The notes beneath the pieces were generated by a model that was not told the origin of the DNA, did not search any database, and saw nothing but the letters and a program-made list of their open reading frames with translations. From Thermoanaerobaculia bacterium (lineage in GTDB: Bacteria; Acidobacteriota; Thermoanaerobaculia; UBA5066), in the NCBI GenBank assembly GCA_963719225.1, contig CAVRAY010000002.1, positions 1 through 64,000 of the forward strand: a stretch of DNA of 64,000 bases, written 5' to 3'. The stretch's first letter is position 1; every line of letters starts with the position of its first letter. Position numbers and translations under genes: made by a program. Positions 31,705 to 43,371 of the stretch are shown in pieces.

Positions 31705-33872
31705 ACGACTCGTCCCCGCCGGTTCCGCCGGCGAGGCGCTGGGCGCGGGACAACCGCATCCTCGTCGCGATCGCGCTCGCCCTCGGCGCGGCTCTGGCCG
31801 GCGGTTACGCGCTCGTCCTCCGCACGCGAAACCTCGCGCCGATCGCCGCCACGAATCGCGTGCTTCTCTTCGTCCTCTTCTACATCGTCGTGGTCCTCAT
31901 CCTCGCGCTCGTCTTCGTGCTCGTGAGGAGCGCGGCGAAGCTCGTCGTCGAGTCCCGCCGCGGCGTCTTCGGATCGCGCTTTCGTGTGCGTGTCGTCGCC
32001 TCGTACGTCGGCCTCGCGCTTCTGCCGATCACTCTCCTCGTTCTGCCGACCACCGGCCTCCTGCAGAAGAGCGTCGAGCGCTGGTTCGCGCCGCCGGTCG
32101 ACGAGACGGTGCGTGCGGGGCGCGAGGTCGCCGACCTTTTTCGCGCGCGCACGGCAGCTCTGGAGCGCCGCACCGCGGAGCGCCTCGAGCGCCGGCTCGC
32201 CGCGACCTCCGAGAACGGCCTCGTCGCCCTCCTGTCGGCCGCGCGCGAGGAGTCGGGGGTCGACCTCATCGAATGGAGACGGCCCGGCCGGCCGGCGGCG
32301 GCCGTCAGCGCCCCGAGGTGGCCTCTGCGCGACATGAACGAGCCGGGCGCCGAATGGCTCGCGGACGCGAAGGACCGCGGCCTCTCGCGCCGGATCGAGC
32401 AGACGCGCGACGGCGGGCAGGCGGGACGCACGGTGGTCTCCCTGCCTTCCGGCTTCCTCGTCGTCGGCACGTTCGACCCGCCCGCCGAAGCCGAGCCCCT
32501 CCGCCAGCTCTCGCGCGCGACGTCGGCGTACGCGATGTTGAAGGCCGAGCGCGCCCAGCTCGAGGCCGTTCAGGTGCTTTTCTTCCTCCTCCTCGCGTTC
32601 CTCGTTCTCCTCGCGGCCGTGTGGGTCGGTCTCCTCCTCGCGCGGCGTGTGACGCGTCCCATCGCGGCGCTCGCGGCTTCGGCCCGGCGCGTGGGCGCGG
32701 GCGACTTCGACGCTCTCGTCGAGGTGGAAGGAGGCGACGAGATCTCCGCGCTTTCGCGCGCCTTCAACGCGATGACGTCCGAGCTGCGCAAGAGCCGGAC
32801 CGAGCTCGTCGCCGCGAACGCGGAGCTCGGCGCGACGAACGAGCGCGTCGACGAGGAGCGCCGCCGCGTGCGTACGATCCTCGCGCGGCTCGACGCCGGC
32901 GTCGTCGCGTTCGGTGACGACGATACGCTGTACTTCCTCAACGAGACCGCGCGGCGCCTGCTCGGACGCGACGAAGACGCCCATTTCCCCCGCGCGCAGG
33001 ACCTTCTCGCCTCCGAAGCCCTCGCCCCGCTGGCCGAATTCCTCGGACGCGCGCGCGCGGCGGCCGCCCCGCGGGAGGCGACGCTGAAGATCGGCTCCCG
33101 CGTTCTCGAGGCCCGCGTGACCCGCATTCCCGCCGGGGCCACCGACGCGGGCGCGTGGGTCGTGACGCTCGAGGACACGACCGCCCTCGTCGCGGCCGAG
33201 CGCGCCGCGGCGTGGGAGGAAGCCGCGCGACGCATGGCGCACGAGATCAAGAATCCCCTGACGCCGATCCGCCTCGCGGCCGAGCGCATGCGACGGCGCG
33301 CTCTCGGCATGAACGACGAGCCCGAAGGTCTCGCCTCCGTCGTGCGCGAGGGCGCTTCCACGATCATCGAGGAGGTCACGACGCTCGCCTCGCTCGTCGA
33401 CACGTTCGGTCGTTTCGCCCGACTGCCGGCCGCGGATCTCGCCCCGACGGACCTCGGCGCGGTCGTCCAGCAGGTCACGAACCTGTATTCGAACGTGAAG
33501 AGGGGCGTGACGGTCTCGGCCGACGTTCCGGAATCCCTTCCGCTCGTCAAAGCCGATGCCGAGCAGGTGAAACGTGCGCTCATCAACCTCGTGGACAACG
33601 CCGTGGCGGCGACTCCGGGCGGCGGTCACGTGAGGATCGTGGCGGGCGTGGAGGCGGGACGCGCGCGGCTCGCCGTCGAGGACGACGGGGCCGGCATCCC
33701 CGAGGCGGAGCGCGAGCGCGTCTTCGACCCCGCCTATTCGACGAAGGCGCGGGGCTCGGGCCTCGGCCTCGCGATCGTCGCGCGCATCGCCGCCGAGCAC
33801 GCGGGGCGCGTCCGCGTGGAGGAGAATGTCCCCCACGGATGCCGCTTCCTCCTCGAATGGCCGGCCGCGTGA
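31701..33872 (+). CDS. NtrY-like sensor histidine kinase (TM, HAMP, PAS, HisKA, HATPase)
   Basis: ARRMAHEIKNPLTPIRL, NLVDNA, EDDGAG, GSGLGLAIV; probable CTG start overlapping the upstream TGA. Confidence 0.9.
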   Translation: MNDSSPPVPPARRWARDNRILVAIALALGAALAGGYALVLRTRNLAPIAATNRVLLFVLFYIVVVLILALVFVLVRSAAKLVVESRRGVFGSRFRVRVVASYVGLALLPITLLVLPTTGLLQKSVERWFAPPVDETVRAGREVADLFRARTAALERRTAERLERRLAATSENGLVALLSAAREESGVDLIEWRRPGRPAAAVSAPRWPLRDMNEPGAEWLADAKDRGLSRRIEQTRDGGQAGRTVVSLPSGFLVVGTFDPPAEAEPLRQLSRATSAYAMLKAERAQLEAVQVLFFLLLAFLVLLAAVWVGLLLARRVTRPIAALAASARRVGAGDFDALVEVEGGDEISALSRAFNAMTSELRKSRTELVAANAELGATNERVDEERRRVRTILARLDAGVVAFGDDDTLYFLNETARRLLGRDEDAHFPRAQDLLASEALAPLAEFLGRARAAAAPREATLKIGSRVLEARVTRIPAGATDAGAWVVTLEDTTALVAAERAAAWEEAARRMAHEIKNPLTPIRLAAERMRRRALGMNDEPEGLASVVREGASTIIEEVTTLASLVDTFGRFARLPAADLAPTDLGAVVQQVTNLYSNVKRGVTVSADVPESLPLVKADAEQVKRALINLVDNAVAATPGGGHVRIVAGVEAGRARLAVEDDGAGIPEAERERVFDPAYSTKARGSGLGLAIVARIAAEHAGRVRVEENVPHGCRFLLEWPAA

Positions 33873-33896
33873 GGCCCGCGTGCGGGTGAGCGCCCC

Positions 33897-35303
<1,407 letters not shown>

Positions 35304-35306
35304 GCG

Positions 35307-35648
35307 TCAGGTCGGGAACAAATCGAGCGTGATCTGAACGGCGTTCTCCACGCTTGCCAGTTCTTCTCTCGTCAGGCTTCCGATCCTCGAACGGAGGCGC
35401 GCCTTGTCAATCGATCGGATCTGATCGCCGAGGACCCGGGCAGGGGCCCCGCGAACCTCGATCCGAGCCTCCCCGGGAAAGAGTGACTCGACATTGCTCG
35501 TGATCGGGAGCACGACGACGCGGGATCCGTACCGGTTGCAGGAGTCGTTCGAAATGACGACCGCCGGTCGCGTCTTCCGGATCTCCGTCCCGAGCGTAGG
35601 GTCGAGGGCGACCCAATAGACGTCGCCGCGACGCGGCGCGCGTTTCAC
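35307..35648 (-). CDS. mazF: MazF/PemK-family toxin
   Basis: RRGDVYWVALDPTLGTEIRKTRPAVVIS; DQIRSIDKARL. Confidence 0.9.
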   Translation of the reverse strand: MKRAPRRGDVYWVALDPTLGTEIRKTRPAVVISNDSCNRYGSRVVVLPITSNVESLFPGEARIEVRGAPARVLGDQIRSIDKARLRSRIGSLTREELASVENAVQITLDLFPT

Positions 35649-35872
35649 GCCGGCCAATCCTCGGCCTCGGTCGTGGACCATTCGGAAGTAAGCCTCCGGC
35701 GCCATGGCTCGCGCGCGGCCGCCTTGTAGGCGGCATCCAGTTTCGCCTGATCCGGATGGATCCGGGAGCGGACCGCCGCCTCGATGAAAGCGCTGATTCG
35801 CTTCGGAGGCAGCTCTTTTTTCAGCCTCTTGTAGAGCGCTTCGTCCATCGTGATGTTCAGGCGAACCGACAT
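35645..35872 (-). CDS. Putative RHH-type antitoxin
   Basis: MSVRLNITMDE...ISAFIEAAV; GTGA overlap with the toxin; TGTAT-tat-ATACA palindrome at 35891-35903. Confidence 0.8.
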   Translation of the reverse strand: MSVRLNITMDEALYKRLKKELPPKRISAFIEAAVRSRIHPDQAKLDAAYKAAAREPWRRRLTSEWSTTEAEDWPA

Positions 35873-35927
35873 GGTTCCTCTCCTGAATTCTGTATTATAT
35901 ACATCATCTACGTCTCGGCCTCTTGTC

Positions 35928-37355
35928 TCAGCGCTCGCGCCGCGGCGTGGCGCGCTCGGCCTCGGGGATGCGCTCGAGAGGCGCCTCGGATTCGGCCAGC
36001 GCGAAGGCGAGAGCGGCGATCGTCGCGACTCCGGAGTTCAGCTCCTCGCGGTCGATCTTGTCGAACGTGTCGTCGGCCGAATGATGGATGTCGAAATATC
36101 GCGAGGTGTCCTGGATCGGCGAGAAGAGCGGCACGCCGGCGGCGCGGAGCGTGCCCACGTCCGCGCCTCCGCCGCCCTTCTTCACGTTCCCGACGCCGAA
36201 GGGCTTCAGGATCTCCGCGACGTTCGCGAGAATTGGCTCCGCGGAGGGGCCCGCCGTCCAGCCGAATCCGGACACGCGACCCGCGCCGCTGTCGGTTTCG
36301 ATCGCGGCGACGTGCGCCGCCAGCTCGGCCGCATGGGCCTTCGCGTAGGCACGCCCGCCCGCGAGCCCGTTCTCCTCGTTCGCAAATGCGACGACGCGAA
36401 GCGTGCGGCGCGGCCGTCTCGGGAGCCGCCCGACGAGGCGTGCCGCCTCGATCGCGATGCCGAGGCCCGCCGCATCGTCCACGGCCCCCTGCCCGAGGTC
36501 CCACGAATCGAGGTGCCCGCCGAGGACGACGATCTCATTCGGCTTCTCGCGACCCGGGATCTCGCCGACGACGTTCGCCGAGAGCGCGTCCGGGAGCGTA
36601 CGGGCCGAGAGCGCGAAGCGGACGCGGACGGTCTTGCCGTCGGCCAGGAGACGGTGGACGAGGTCCGCGTCGGGATTCGCGAGGGCCGCGGCCGGGATCT
36701 TCGGGACCCCCTCCTCGTAACGGACCGAGCCCGTGTGCGGAAGTCGGGCGTTCGACGTGCCCACGGAACGAATGAGGGCGCCCACGGCGCCCAGCTTCGC
36801 GGCGCGCGATGCGGCGCCCCCGCGGATGGGAACCGTCGCGCCGTAGCCGGATCCGTCGGACCGGCGCTCCATGACTTTCCAGACGAAGACGATCTTGCCT
36901 TTCGCCTTCTCCTTGAGCGCGTCCACGCCCTCGAGGGACTGGGCCTCGACGAGATCGGCCTCGATCCCGCCCGCGGGCGTTCCGACGCTGCCGCCGAGCG
37001 CGCAGAGCGACAGCCGGAACGGAGCGGGAGAGACGATCTCCCCGCTCTCCTCCCCGCGCTCCCAGTGCGTCACGGTGACGGGTTCGGCATGGACGTTCGA
37101 GAATCCCTGCGCCTTGAGCGTGGCCTCGGCCCACGCGACCGCACGCGCGTCGCCCGGCGACCCGGCCAGCCGCGGACCGACGGTATCGGTGAGGCTGCGG
37201 ACCGTGTCGTACGCGCCGTTCGTCGCCTGGGCCGCGCGCACGAGGCGCTCGAGCGTTCCCCTCAGATCGGAATCCGCCCCGGGGCCGGCCGCGGAGAGAG
37301 CGAGGGCCGCGACGCCGAGGAAAGACGCCACGGGGACGAGACGCGCGCCTTTCAC
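35928..37355 (-). CDS. M28 family secreted peptidase (carboxypeptidase Q-like)
   Basis: VGPRLAGS, GGHLDSWD, GAVDD, ANEENG, YFDIHHS. Confidence 0.9.
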   Translation of the reverse strand: MKGARLVPVASFLGVAALALSAAGPGADSDLRGTLERLVRAAQATNGAYDTVRSLTDTVGPRLAGSPGDARAVAWAEATLKAQGFSNVHAEPVTVTHWERGEESGEIVSPAPFRLSLCALGGSVGTPAGGIEADLVEAQSLEGVDALKEKAKGKIVFVWKVMERRSDGSGYGATVPIRGGAASRAAKLGAVGALIRSVGTSNARLPHTGSVRYEEGVPKIPAAALANPDADLVHRLLADGKTVRVRFALSARTLPDALSANVVGEIPGREKPNEIVVLGGHLDSWDLGQGAVDDAAGLGIAIEAARLVGRLPRRPRRTLRVVAFANEENGLAGGRAYAKAHAAELAAHVAAIETDSGAGRVSGFGWTAGPSAEPILANVAEILKPFGVGNVKKGGGGADVGTLRAAGVPLFSPIQDTSRYFDIHHSADDTFDKIDREELNSGVATIAALAFALAESEAPLERIPEAERATPRRER

Positions 37356-38260
37356 GAGAGCCTTTCGAGCAGCTTGTTCTCGAGAACCTGCGGGCCCGGG
37401 TCGGCCTCGAGCCTCAGGTAGTGTTCCGCCGCCGCCAGGAGCGCGGCCTGCGGGACGAGGCCCACGATCTCCGAGCCCACGACGGCGACGCCGTGGCGGG
37501 AGGCTTCGGATTTCACGGTCTCGAAGACGCGGTGGAGCGGCGTCTTCTCGAAGTTAGTCATGTTGATCGAAACCTGGACCTGCCCGCGCGCGTCGAGCTT
37601 CACGCCCATCGCCTTCACGAAGCGAAACCCGCCCGAGAGGTGCCGGATGGCCTTCGCGATGCGGTCGGCGATCGCGAGGTCCGGCGTTCCCAGGTTGATG
37701 TTGTACGCGACGAGCGGCGCACGCGCCCCCACGACGGTCGCGCCGCCCGTGGGGTGGGGGACCGGGGGGCCGAAGTCGGGGATCCAGGCCGGATCCGTCA
37801 TCTTCGCCGGGAGGCCCTCGAACTCTCCCTTGCGGATGTTCGCGAGGTTCTGCCGTTCCGCCGATGTCGCGGCGTCCTCGTACAGGTAGACCGGCAGGCC
37901 GTAACGGTCGGCGAGACCTTTTCCGAGCGTCTTCGCAAGGACCACGCAGTCGGCTGCCGTTGCGCCCCGCAGGGGGACGAACGGGATCACGTCCACGGCT
38001 CCGACGCGCGGGTGGGCGCCTTGGTGCGTCCTGAGATCGATCGCCTCGAGCGCGGCGCCCACGAGGGCCGTCATCGCCGTCACGAGGGCATCCCCGTCTC
38101 CGAGGAACGTCAGGACCGAGCGGTTGTGGTCGGCGTCGGAGGTCCTGTCGAGGAGGACGACTCCCTCGGCCGCGTTCACGGCGGCATTCGCCAGGGCCGA
38201 CACGACGTCCGGCCGGCGCCCCTCGCTCACGTTCGGAATGCACTCGATCAATGCGGCCAT
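37352..38260 (-). CDS. ftcD: Glutamate formimidoyltransferase
   Basis: LIECIPNVSEGR, DHNRSV, HPRVGAVDVIPFVP, GSEIVGLVP. Confidence 0.93.
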   Translation of the reverse strand: MAALIECIPNVSEGRRPDVVSALANAAVNAAEGVVLLDRTSDADHNRSVLTFLGDGDALVTAMTALVGAALEAIDLRTHQGAHPRVGAVDVIPFVPLRGATAADCVVLAKTLGKGLADRYGLPVYLYEDAATSAERQNLANIRKGEFEGLPAKMTDPAWIPDFGPPVPHPTGGATVVGARAPLVAYNINLGTPDLAIADRIAKAIRHLSGGFRFVKAMGVKLDARGQVQVSINMTNFEKTPLHRVFETVKSEASRHGVAVVGSEIVGLVPQAALLAAAEHYLRLEADPGPQVLENKLLERLS

Positions 38261-38329
38261 CGCGCCTCCGGCGGGCGATCGTATCCGACGCCACGCCACG
38301 CCGCGCTGTTCTTGCTAGCATTCAATCCA

Positions 38330-40264
38330 ATGAGCTCCTATGCCGGAAGCCCCGCCCTCGCCCCCGAGGCGCGGGAGAAGGTCCTCCAGACGTTTCGGCA
38401 CACGCTCGTGCTCGCGCAGGAAGGCAAGAACGAGGAGGCGCTCCTCGGGTGCGACTTCCTTCTCAAGATGGACGCCCGCTTCGCCCCGGCCCGCAGTCTG
38501 CTCGAGGTCTTGCGGGGCGTCGCTCCGGGCTCGAAGGTCGACGTCGGACGATTCGCCGACTACCTCGGCCCCGAAAGCGCGGGCGAGGCGCTGCCGGAGT
38601 CCGCTCACGAGCTGCCGGAGGCGTTCCCGGGCGGCCCTGCCTCTCCCGTTCCTCCCTCGGCGGTGTCCGCGACCGGCCTGGACGACCTCGTTTTCGGGGA
38701 CGAGGGGGGTGGGGAGGCTCCGCGCGCCGGACCCTCGCTCGCGCCGCCGCCCGCCGCCGACCCGTTCGGCGGCCTCGACGACCTGCGCCTGAGCATGCCT
38801 GGCGGGGGGCCGGGCGCGGTCGGGACGATTCCGCCGCCGGAGTCGGCGCCGCCGCTCGACTCTCCGTCCTCGGGGCCGCCGCTCGGGCAGCCCGCGCCTG
38901 CCGCGGCTCCCCCGCGCCCCGTGTCCGGCGTCCAGGCCGATCCGCGCATCACGCAGTTTCTCAAGCAGGGTGACGAGGCGCTCTCGCGCGGCAACGCGCA
39001 GGAGGCGATCGACCTCTGGTCCCGGGTCTTCCTCATCGACCTCTCGAACGAGGAGGCGAGCCGCCGGATCGACGCGGCACGCGAGTCGCAGGCGGAATCG
39101 GCGCGCAAGATCGACATCCTCCTGACCGAGGGCGTGACCCAGTACGAAAACGGCGACCTCGCAGGCGCGCGCAACAAGTTCCTCGACGTGCTCGCCGTCT
39201 CCGAGCACGATGCCACGGCACGCGGCTACCTCAACCAGATCGAGGCGGCCCTGGCGTCCTCGTCGTCGCAAAGCCAAGCCCCCGTCTCGGCCAGCGAGGG
39301 CGATTCCGACTTCATGAAGCACGAGATCGAGGCGCCGGCACCTCCCTCGTTCGCAGACGACTCCGGCATCGGTCGTTCGCTCAAAGGGGACGCGAGCGGC
39401 TCCGGCCTCGAGTCCGGCATGGCCAGCTCCCAGAAGGTCCCCCGGCCGGGCGCCAAGGGCCGGATCGACGTGCGCGTCCTCCTCGCGGCGGCCGCCGTCG
39501 TCCTCGCCCTGGTCGCGGGCGGCGCGTACTTTTTCCTGCGCGGCAAGTCGGCCGCCCGGCCCGCGACCGCGGGCGGGCCCGGCACGAAGGTCCTGCCTGG
39601 CGGGCGCACGACGCCTTCCGAGGATCCGTTCCCGAAAGCCCAGGCCCTCTTCGAGGCCGGAAAGATCGACGAGGCGATCGCCGTCCTCGCGAAGCTGCCC
39701 GAGACGGACCCGAGGCACAACGAGGCGCTCGTGCGCATCGAGAAGATGAAATCTTCGGCGGCTCCGACGCCAGGGCCCGCCGCTCCGAGCTCCGCGCAGC
39801 TCGATGAGATGCGCATCGCCGGCCTCACCGCGATGTCCTCGAGCCGGTACATCGACGCGCTGAAGAACCTGGATCCGGTCGTGAAAGCCCGTCCGCAGGA
39901 CTCCGAGGCGGCGGCCGCGGCGCAGCGCGCTCACGAGCAGGTCGAGGCGCTGAGGAACGCCTCGAAGTCGTACAACGAGGGCGACTACGAGAGCGCGATC
40001 AAGCTTCTCTGGGACCTTCGCAAGGGCGACGCGAAGAATCAGGACGTCGAGGAGTACCTCGTCAACGCGTATTACAACTCCGCGGTGCAGAGCCTGCAGG
40101 CCGGGAACATGGCGAAGGCCACGATCGCCGTCAAGGAGGCCACGGACCTCAGACCGGGAGACGCCGAAGCGCAGCGGCTTCTGCGCTTTGCGCGCAAATA
40201 CCCGAAAGGCGCGAACGACCTGCTCTCCCGCATCCTCATCAAGCATCTGACCCTCAGGCCCTGA
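38330..40264 (+). CDS. Bitopic TPR-containing protein with Pro-rich linkers
   Basis: TPR-like helices (AIDLWSRVFLID; GDYESAIKLL); one TM, VLLAAAAVVLALVAGGAYFFL. Confidence 0.75.
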   Translation: MSSYAGSPALAPEAREKVLQTFRHTLVLAQEGKNEEALLGCDFLLKMDARFAPARSLLEVLRGVAPGSKVDVGRFADYLGPESAGEALPESAHELPEAFPGGPASPVPPSAVSATGLDDLVFGDEGGGEAPRAGPSLAPPPAADPFGGLDDLRLSMPGGGPGAVGTIPPPESAPPLDSPSSGPPLGQPAPAAAPPRPVSGVQADPRITQFLKQGDEALSRGNAQEAIDLWSRVFLIDLSNEEASRRIDAARESQAESARKIDILLTEGVTQYENGDLAGARNKFLDVLAVSEHDATARGYLNQIEAALASSSSQSQAPVSASEGDSDFMKHEIEAPAPPSFADDSGIGRSLKGDASGSGLESGMASSQKVPRPGAKGRIDVRVLLAAAAVVLALVAGGAYFFLRGKSAARPATAGGPGTKVLPGGRTTPSEDPFPKAQALFEAGKIDEAIAVLAKLPETDPRHNEALVRIEKMKSSAAPTPGPAAPSSAQLDEMRIAGLTAMSSSRYIDALKNLDPVVKARPQDSEAAAAAQRAHEQVEALRNASKSYNEGDYESAIKLLWDLRKGDAKNQDVEEYLVNAYYNSAVQSLQAGNMAKATIAVKEATDLRPGDAEAQRLLRFARKYPKGANDLLSRILIKHLTLRP

Positions 40265-40277
40265 GGCCGGACCCGCC

Positions 40278-40970
40278 ATGTCCGAGCCCCCGCGCGACCC
40301 GCTCGCCGAACATCCGCTCCTTCCGGATCCGCCGCGACGGCGATCCTCGTCGCGCTCGACTCTCGAGCTCTTCCCCGATGCCGCCGAGAAACCCCTCGGA
40401 CCCAGGGAGGACGATGCCGCGCCGGAGCCCTCCCGGGAGCCGCCCCCTTCGAAATCGGCGCCGTCGCCTCCGGAACGATCCACGGCCGGTGCGCCGATGT
40501 TTTCCGCGCCCGAGCCCGAAGAAACGGAACCCGAGGCGCCGCGGGCGGTGGCGTTCGCGCGGCGCGTGGCGGCCGGTCTCGCCGACCTCCTCATCCTCGC
40601 CCTCGTCGGCGCGGTCGAGCTCGCCGCCGGCGCGCTCCTCCTCGACCTGCGCTTTCCGCCCCCGGCCTTCCTTCCCCTCGCCGCGTTCCTCCTGCTCGCC
40701 GCCCTCGTCCTCCTCGTCCTCGCGCCGTTCGTCTGGGGCACGACACCCGGCATGGCCCTCGCCGACCTGAGGATCTGCGCCGAGGACGGCGGCTCCCCCA
40801 CGCTCTCGGCCGCGCTGCTGCGCTTCGTGGGCTTTCTCGTGACCTTCGCGCTCGCGGGCGTGCCCCTGCTCGTCGCCGCCTTCGACCGCCGCGGCCGAAC
40901 GCTCGCGGACCTCGTCTCGCGAACGACGATCGAGCCCGTGGAGGCCGCCGAGCCCTCCGGCCTCTCGTAA
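40278..40970 (+). CDS. RDD family membrane protein
   Basis: RRVAAGLADL, GTTPGM, RTLADLVSRT. Confidence 0.85.
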   Translation: MSEPPRDPLAEHPLLPDPPRRRSSSRSTLELFPDAAEKPLGPREDDAAPEPSREPPPSKSAPSPPERSTAGAPMFSAPEPEETEPEAPRAVAFARRVAAGLADLLILALVGAVELAAGALLLDLRFPPPAFLPLAAFLLLAALVLLVLAPFVWGTTPGMALADLRICAEDGGSPTLSAALLRFVGFLVTFALAGVPLLVAAFDRRGRTLADLVSRTTIEPVEAAEPSGLS

Positions 40971-40978
40971 GGAGACCC

Positions 40979-42673
40979 GTGCGCCTCGCGCTTTGCCAGA
41001 TCGACACGACGGTCGGCGACATCGCGGGCAACACGTCCCGCATCCTCGAGGCCCTGACCCGTGCCGAGAAGGCGCGCGCCGACCTGGCCGTGTTTCCCGA
41101 GCTCGCGATTTGCGGCTATCCGCCCCTGGACCTTCTCGAGCGGCCGTCGTTCGTGCGCGAGGCCGCGCGCGCTCTCTCGTCCCTCGCGCGGCGCGCGCGC
41201 CGCACCGCGCTTCTCGTCGGAACGTTCGTCCCGAACCGGAACCGCGTCGGAAAGCCGTTCCACAACGTTTCGGCCCTGCTCGAGGGCGGCCGCGCGAAGG
41301 TCCTCGCCAGGAAGACGCTCCTTCCCACGTACGACGTCTTCGACGAAGGCCGCTGGTTCGAACCGGGCGACGGATGCGTCATCGTCCCGTTCCGCGGAGA
41401 GCGGGTCGGCCTTCCCGTCTGCGAGGATCTGTGGAACGACAAGGACTTCTGGCGACAGAGGCGCCTTTATCACGAGGACCCCGGCGAGGCCCTCGTGAGG
41501 CGGGGCGCGACGCTCGTGGTCGCGATCAACGCGTCGCCGTTCTCGGAAGGGAAGCCCCGGCTGAGGCGACGGATGCTGGCCCGCTACGCGCGCGACGGGC
41601 GCATCCCGGTGGTGTCTCTCAATCTCGTGGGCGGAAACGACGAGCTCGTCTTCGACGGCGACTCGATGGTGATCGACGGCCGCGGCAACGTCATCGCGCG
41701 TGCCGCGAAGTTCGAGGAGGACTTCCTGGTCGTGGACGTCCTGCGCGAGAAGCGGGGACTCGCGCGTGTCGTCGCGCCTTCGGAAAGCCGGGCACCCGAG
41801 GACACCGATGACGCCGGCGGAGACCCTCTCGAGTCGCTCCGGCGCGCGCTCGTCCTCGGTATCCGGGATTACGCGAAGAAGTGCGGCTTTTCGACCGCGA
41901 TTCTCGGCCTTTCGGGAGGAATCGATTCCGCGCTCGTCGCGGCGCTCGCGGTCGAGGCCCTCGGAAAGGAGAACGTCACGGGCCTGGGGATGCCGTCGCC
42001 ATATTCGTCCGAGGGGTCGATCGCGGACGCGCGCGCCCTCGCCCAGAACCTCGGCATCCGTTTCGACATCCTGCGGATCGACGCGCTCTTCGACGAAGCG
42101 CGCCGGACGCTCGCCGGGCTGTTCCAGGGACTCGAGGAGGACGTCACCGAGGAGAACATCCAGTCGCGCCTCCGCGGCCTCCTCGTGATGGCCGTCTCGA
42201 ACAAGAAAGGGCCCCTGGTCCTCACGACCGGCAACAAGAGCGAGCTCGCCGTGGGGTACTGCACGCTCTACGGCGACATGTGCGGCGGTCTCGCGCCGAT
42301 CTCCGACCTGCCGAAGATGCGGGTTTATGCGCTCGCGCGGCACCTCAACGCCCGCACGAAAGGCGCTCTCATCCCGGAGGCCTCGCTCGTGAAGGCGGCT
42401 TCCGCCGAGCTGCGGCCCAATCAGTGCGACCAGGATTCTCTTCCGCCCTATCCGCTTCTCGACGCGATTCTCGAAGGTCTCGTGGAGCGAAACCTTTCCG
42501 TCGAGGCCGTCGCGCGACGCGCGCACGCTCCGCTCACACTCGTGAAGAAGATCGCGCGCCAGGTGGACCGGGCCGAGTACAAGCGCTGGCAGATGGCGCC
42601 CGGCCTGAAGGTCTCCGCGAAAGCGTTCGGCAGCGGCCGCCGGATTCCGATCGCGCAGAGGGCGCCGCTCTGA
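40979..42673 (+). CDS. nadE: Glutamine-dependent NAD+ synthetase
   Basis: Nitrilase domain (FPEL, VCEDLW); GLSGGIDS; TTGNKSE. Confidence 0.95.
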   Translation: MRLALCQIDTTVGDIAGNTSRILEALTRAEKARADLAVFPELAICGYPPLDLLERPSFVREAARALSSLARRARRTALLVGTFVPNRNRVGKPFHNVSALLEGGRAKVLARKTLLPTYDVFDEGRWFEPGDGCVIVPFRGERVGLPVCEDLWNDKDFWRQRRLYHEDPGEALVRRGATLVVAINASPFSEGKPRLRRRMLARYARDGRIPVVSLNLVGGNDELVFDGDSMVIDGRGNVIARAAKFEEDFLVVDVLREKRGLARVVAPSESRAPEDTDDAGGDPLESLRRALVLGIRDYAKKCGFSTAILGLSGGIDSALVAALAVEALGKENVTGLGMPSPYSSEGSIADARALAQNLGIRFDILRIDALFDEARRTLAGLFQGLEEDVTEENIQSRLRGLLVMAVSNKKGPLVLTTGNKSELAVGYCTLYGDMCGGLAPISDLPKMRVYALARHLNARTKGALIPEASLVKAASAELRPNQCDQDSLPPYPLLDAILEGLVERNLSVEAVARRAHAPLTLVKKIARQVDRAEYKRWQMAPGLKVSAKAFGSGRRIPIAQRAPL

Positions 42674-43371
42674 AGTACACCGCGTCCCTCGAGGCCCAGC
42701 GCTACCCGTGGAAGGAGATCCCGGGATCCTCGCACGTGCTCCTCCTCGAGAAGGTCCTCGCGCGCGGGAAGGACCTCGCCGTTCTCGACCTCGGGTTCGG
42801 TGCGGGACTGCTCGCGAGGCGCATCCGTCCGGTCTGCCGGTATCTGGCCGGCGTCGAGCTCGACCCCGAGGCGGCGAAGGAGGGCGCTCCGTTTTTCGAC
42901 GATCCCGTGACGGGGGATCTCCTCGAGGGAATCTCGGGGCCGTGGAAAGAGCGGTTCGACGTGATCGTGGCGGGAGACGTGCTGGAGCATCTGCCGCGCC
43001 CCGGCGTGCTCCTGGATTCTCTGAAACCCCTCCTGAAGGCGGACGGAATCCTCCTGCTCTCTCTCCCGAACGTCGCGAACGTCACCGTGCGGCTCGGCCT
43101 TCTCTTCGGCCGCTTCCCCTACGGACCCCGCGGCATCCTCGACCGTACGCATCTGCGGTTCTTCACACGAGCCACGGGCCGCGCGCTCCTCGAGCAGAAC
43201 GGGTTTCACGTCCTTTCGGTCGACGCGACCGCGATGCCGATCGAGCTCGCCTTCCCCGCGCTCGCCCGGCCGCCTCTGGCGGGCCTCGTGCGCGTGGCCG
43301 CGCTCTTCGCGACACGCGTTCTCCCCACGCTTTTCGGATACCAGTTCGTCTACGAGGCGAGGCCGTCGTGA
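42670..43371 (+). CDS. Class I SAM-dependent methyltransferase
   Basis: VLDLGFGAG, GDVLEHL, GILDRTHLRFFT; probable CTG start. Confidence 0.85.
   Translation: MKYTASLEAQRYPWKEIPGSSHVLLLEKVLARGKDLAVLDLGFGAGLLARRIRPVCRYLAGVELDPEAAKEGAPFFDDPVTGDLLEGISGPWKERFDVIVAGDVLEHLPRPGVLLDSLKPLLKADGILLLSLPNVANVTVRLGLLFGRFPYGPRGILDRTHLRFFTRATGRALLEQNGFHVLSVDATAMPIELAFPALARPPLAGLVRVAALFATRVLPTLFGYQFVYEARPS

Noticed and set aside
38315-42526. Very long antisense ORFs (also 31605-35267, 52526-55645, 12319-15069, 8713-11232)
   Set aside because: Shadow frames of well-supported opposite-strand genes in high-GC DNA; Arg/Ala-rich with no motifs.
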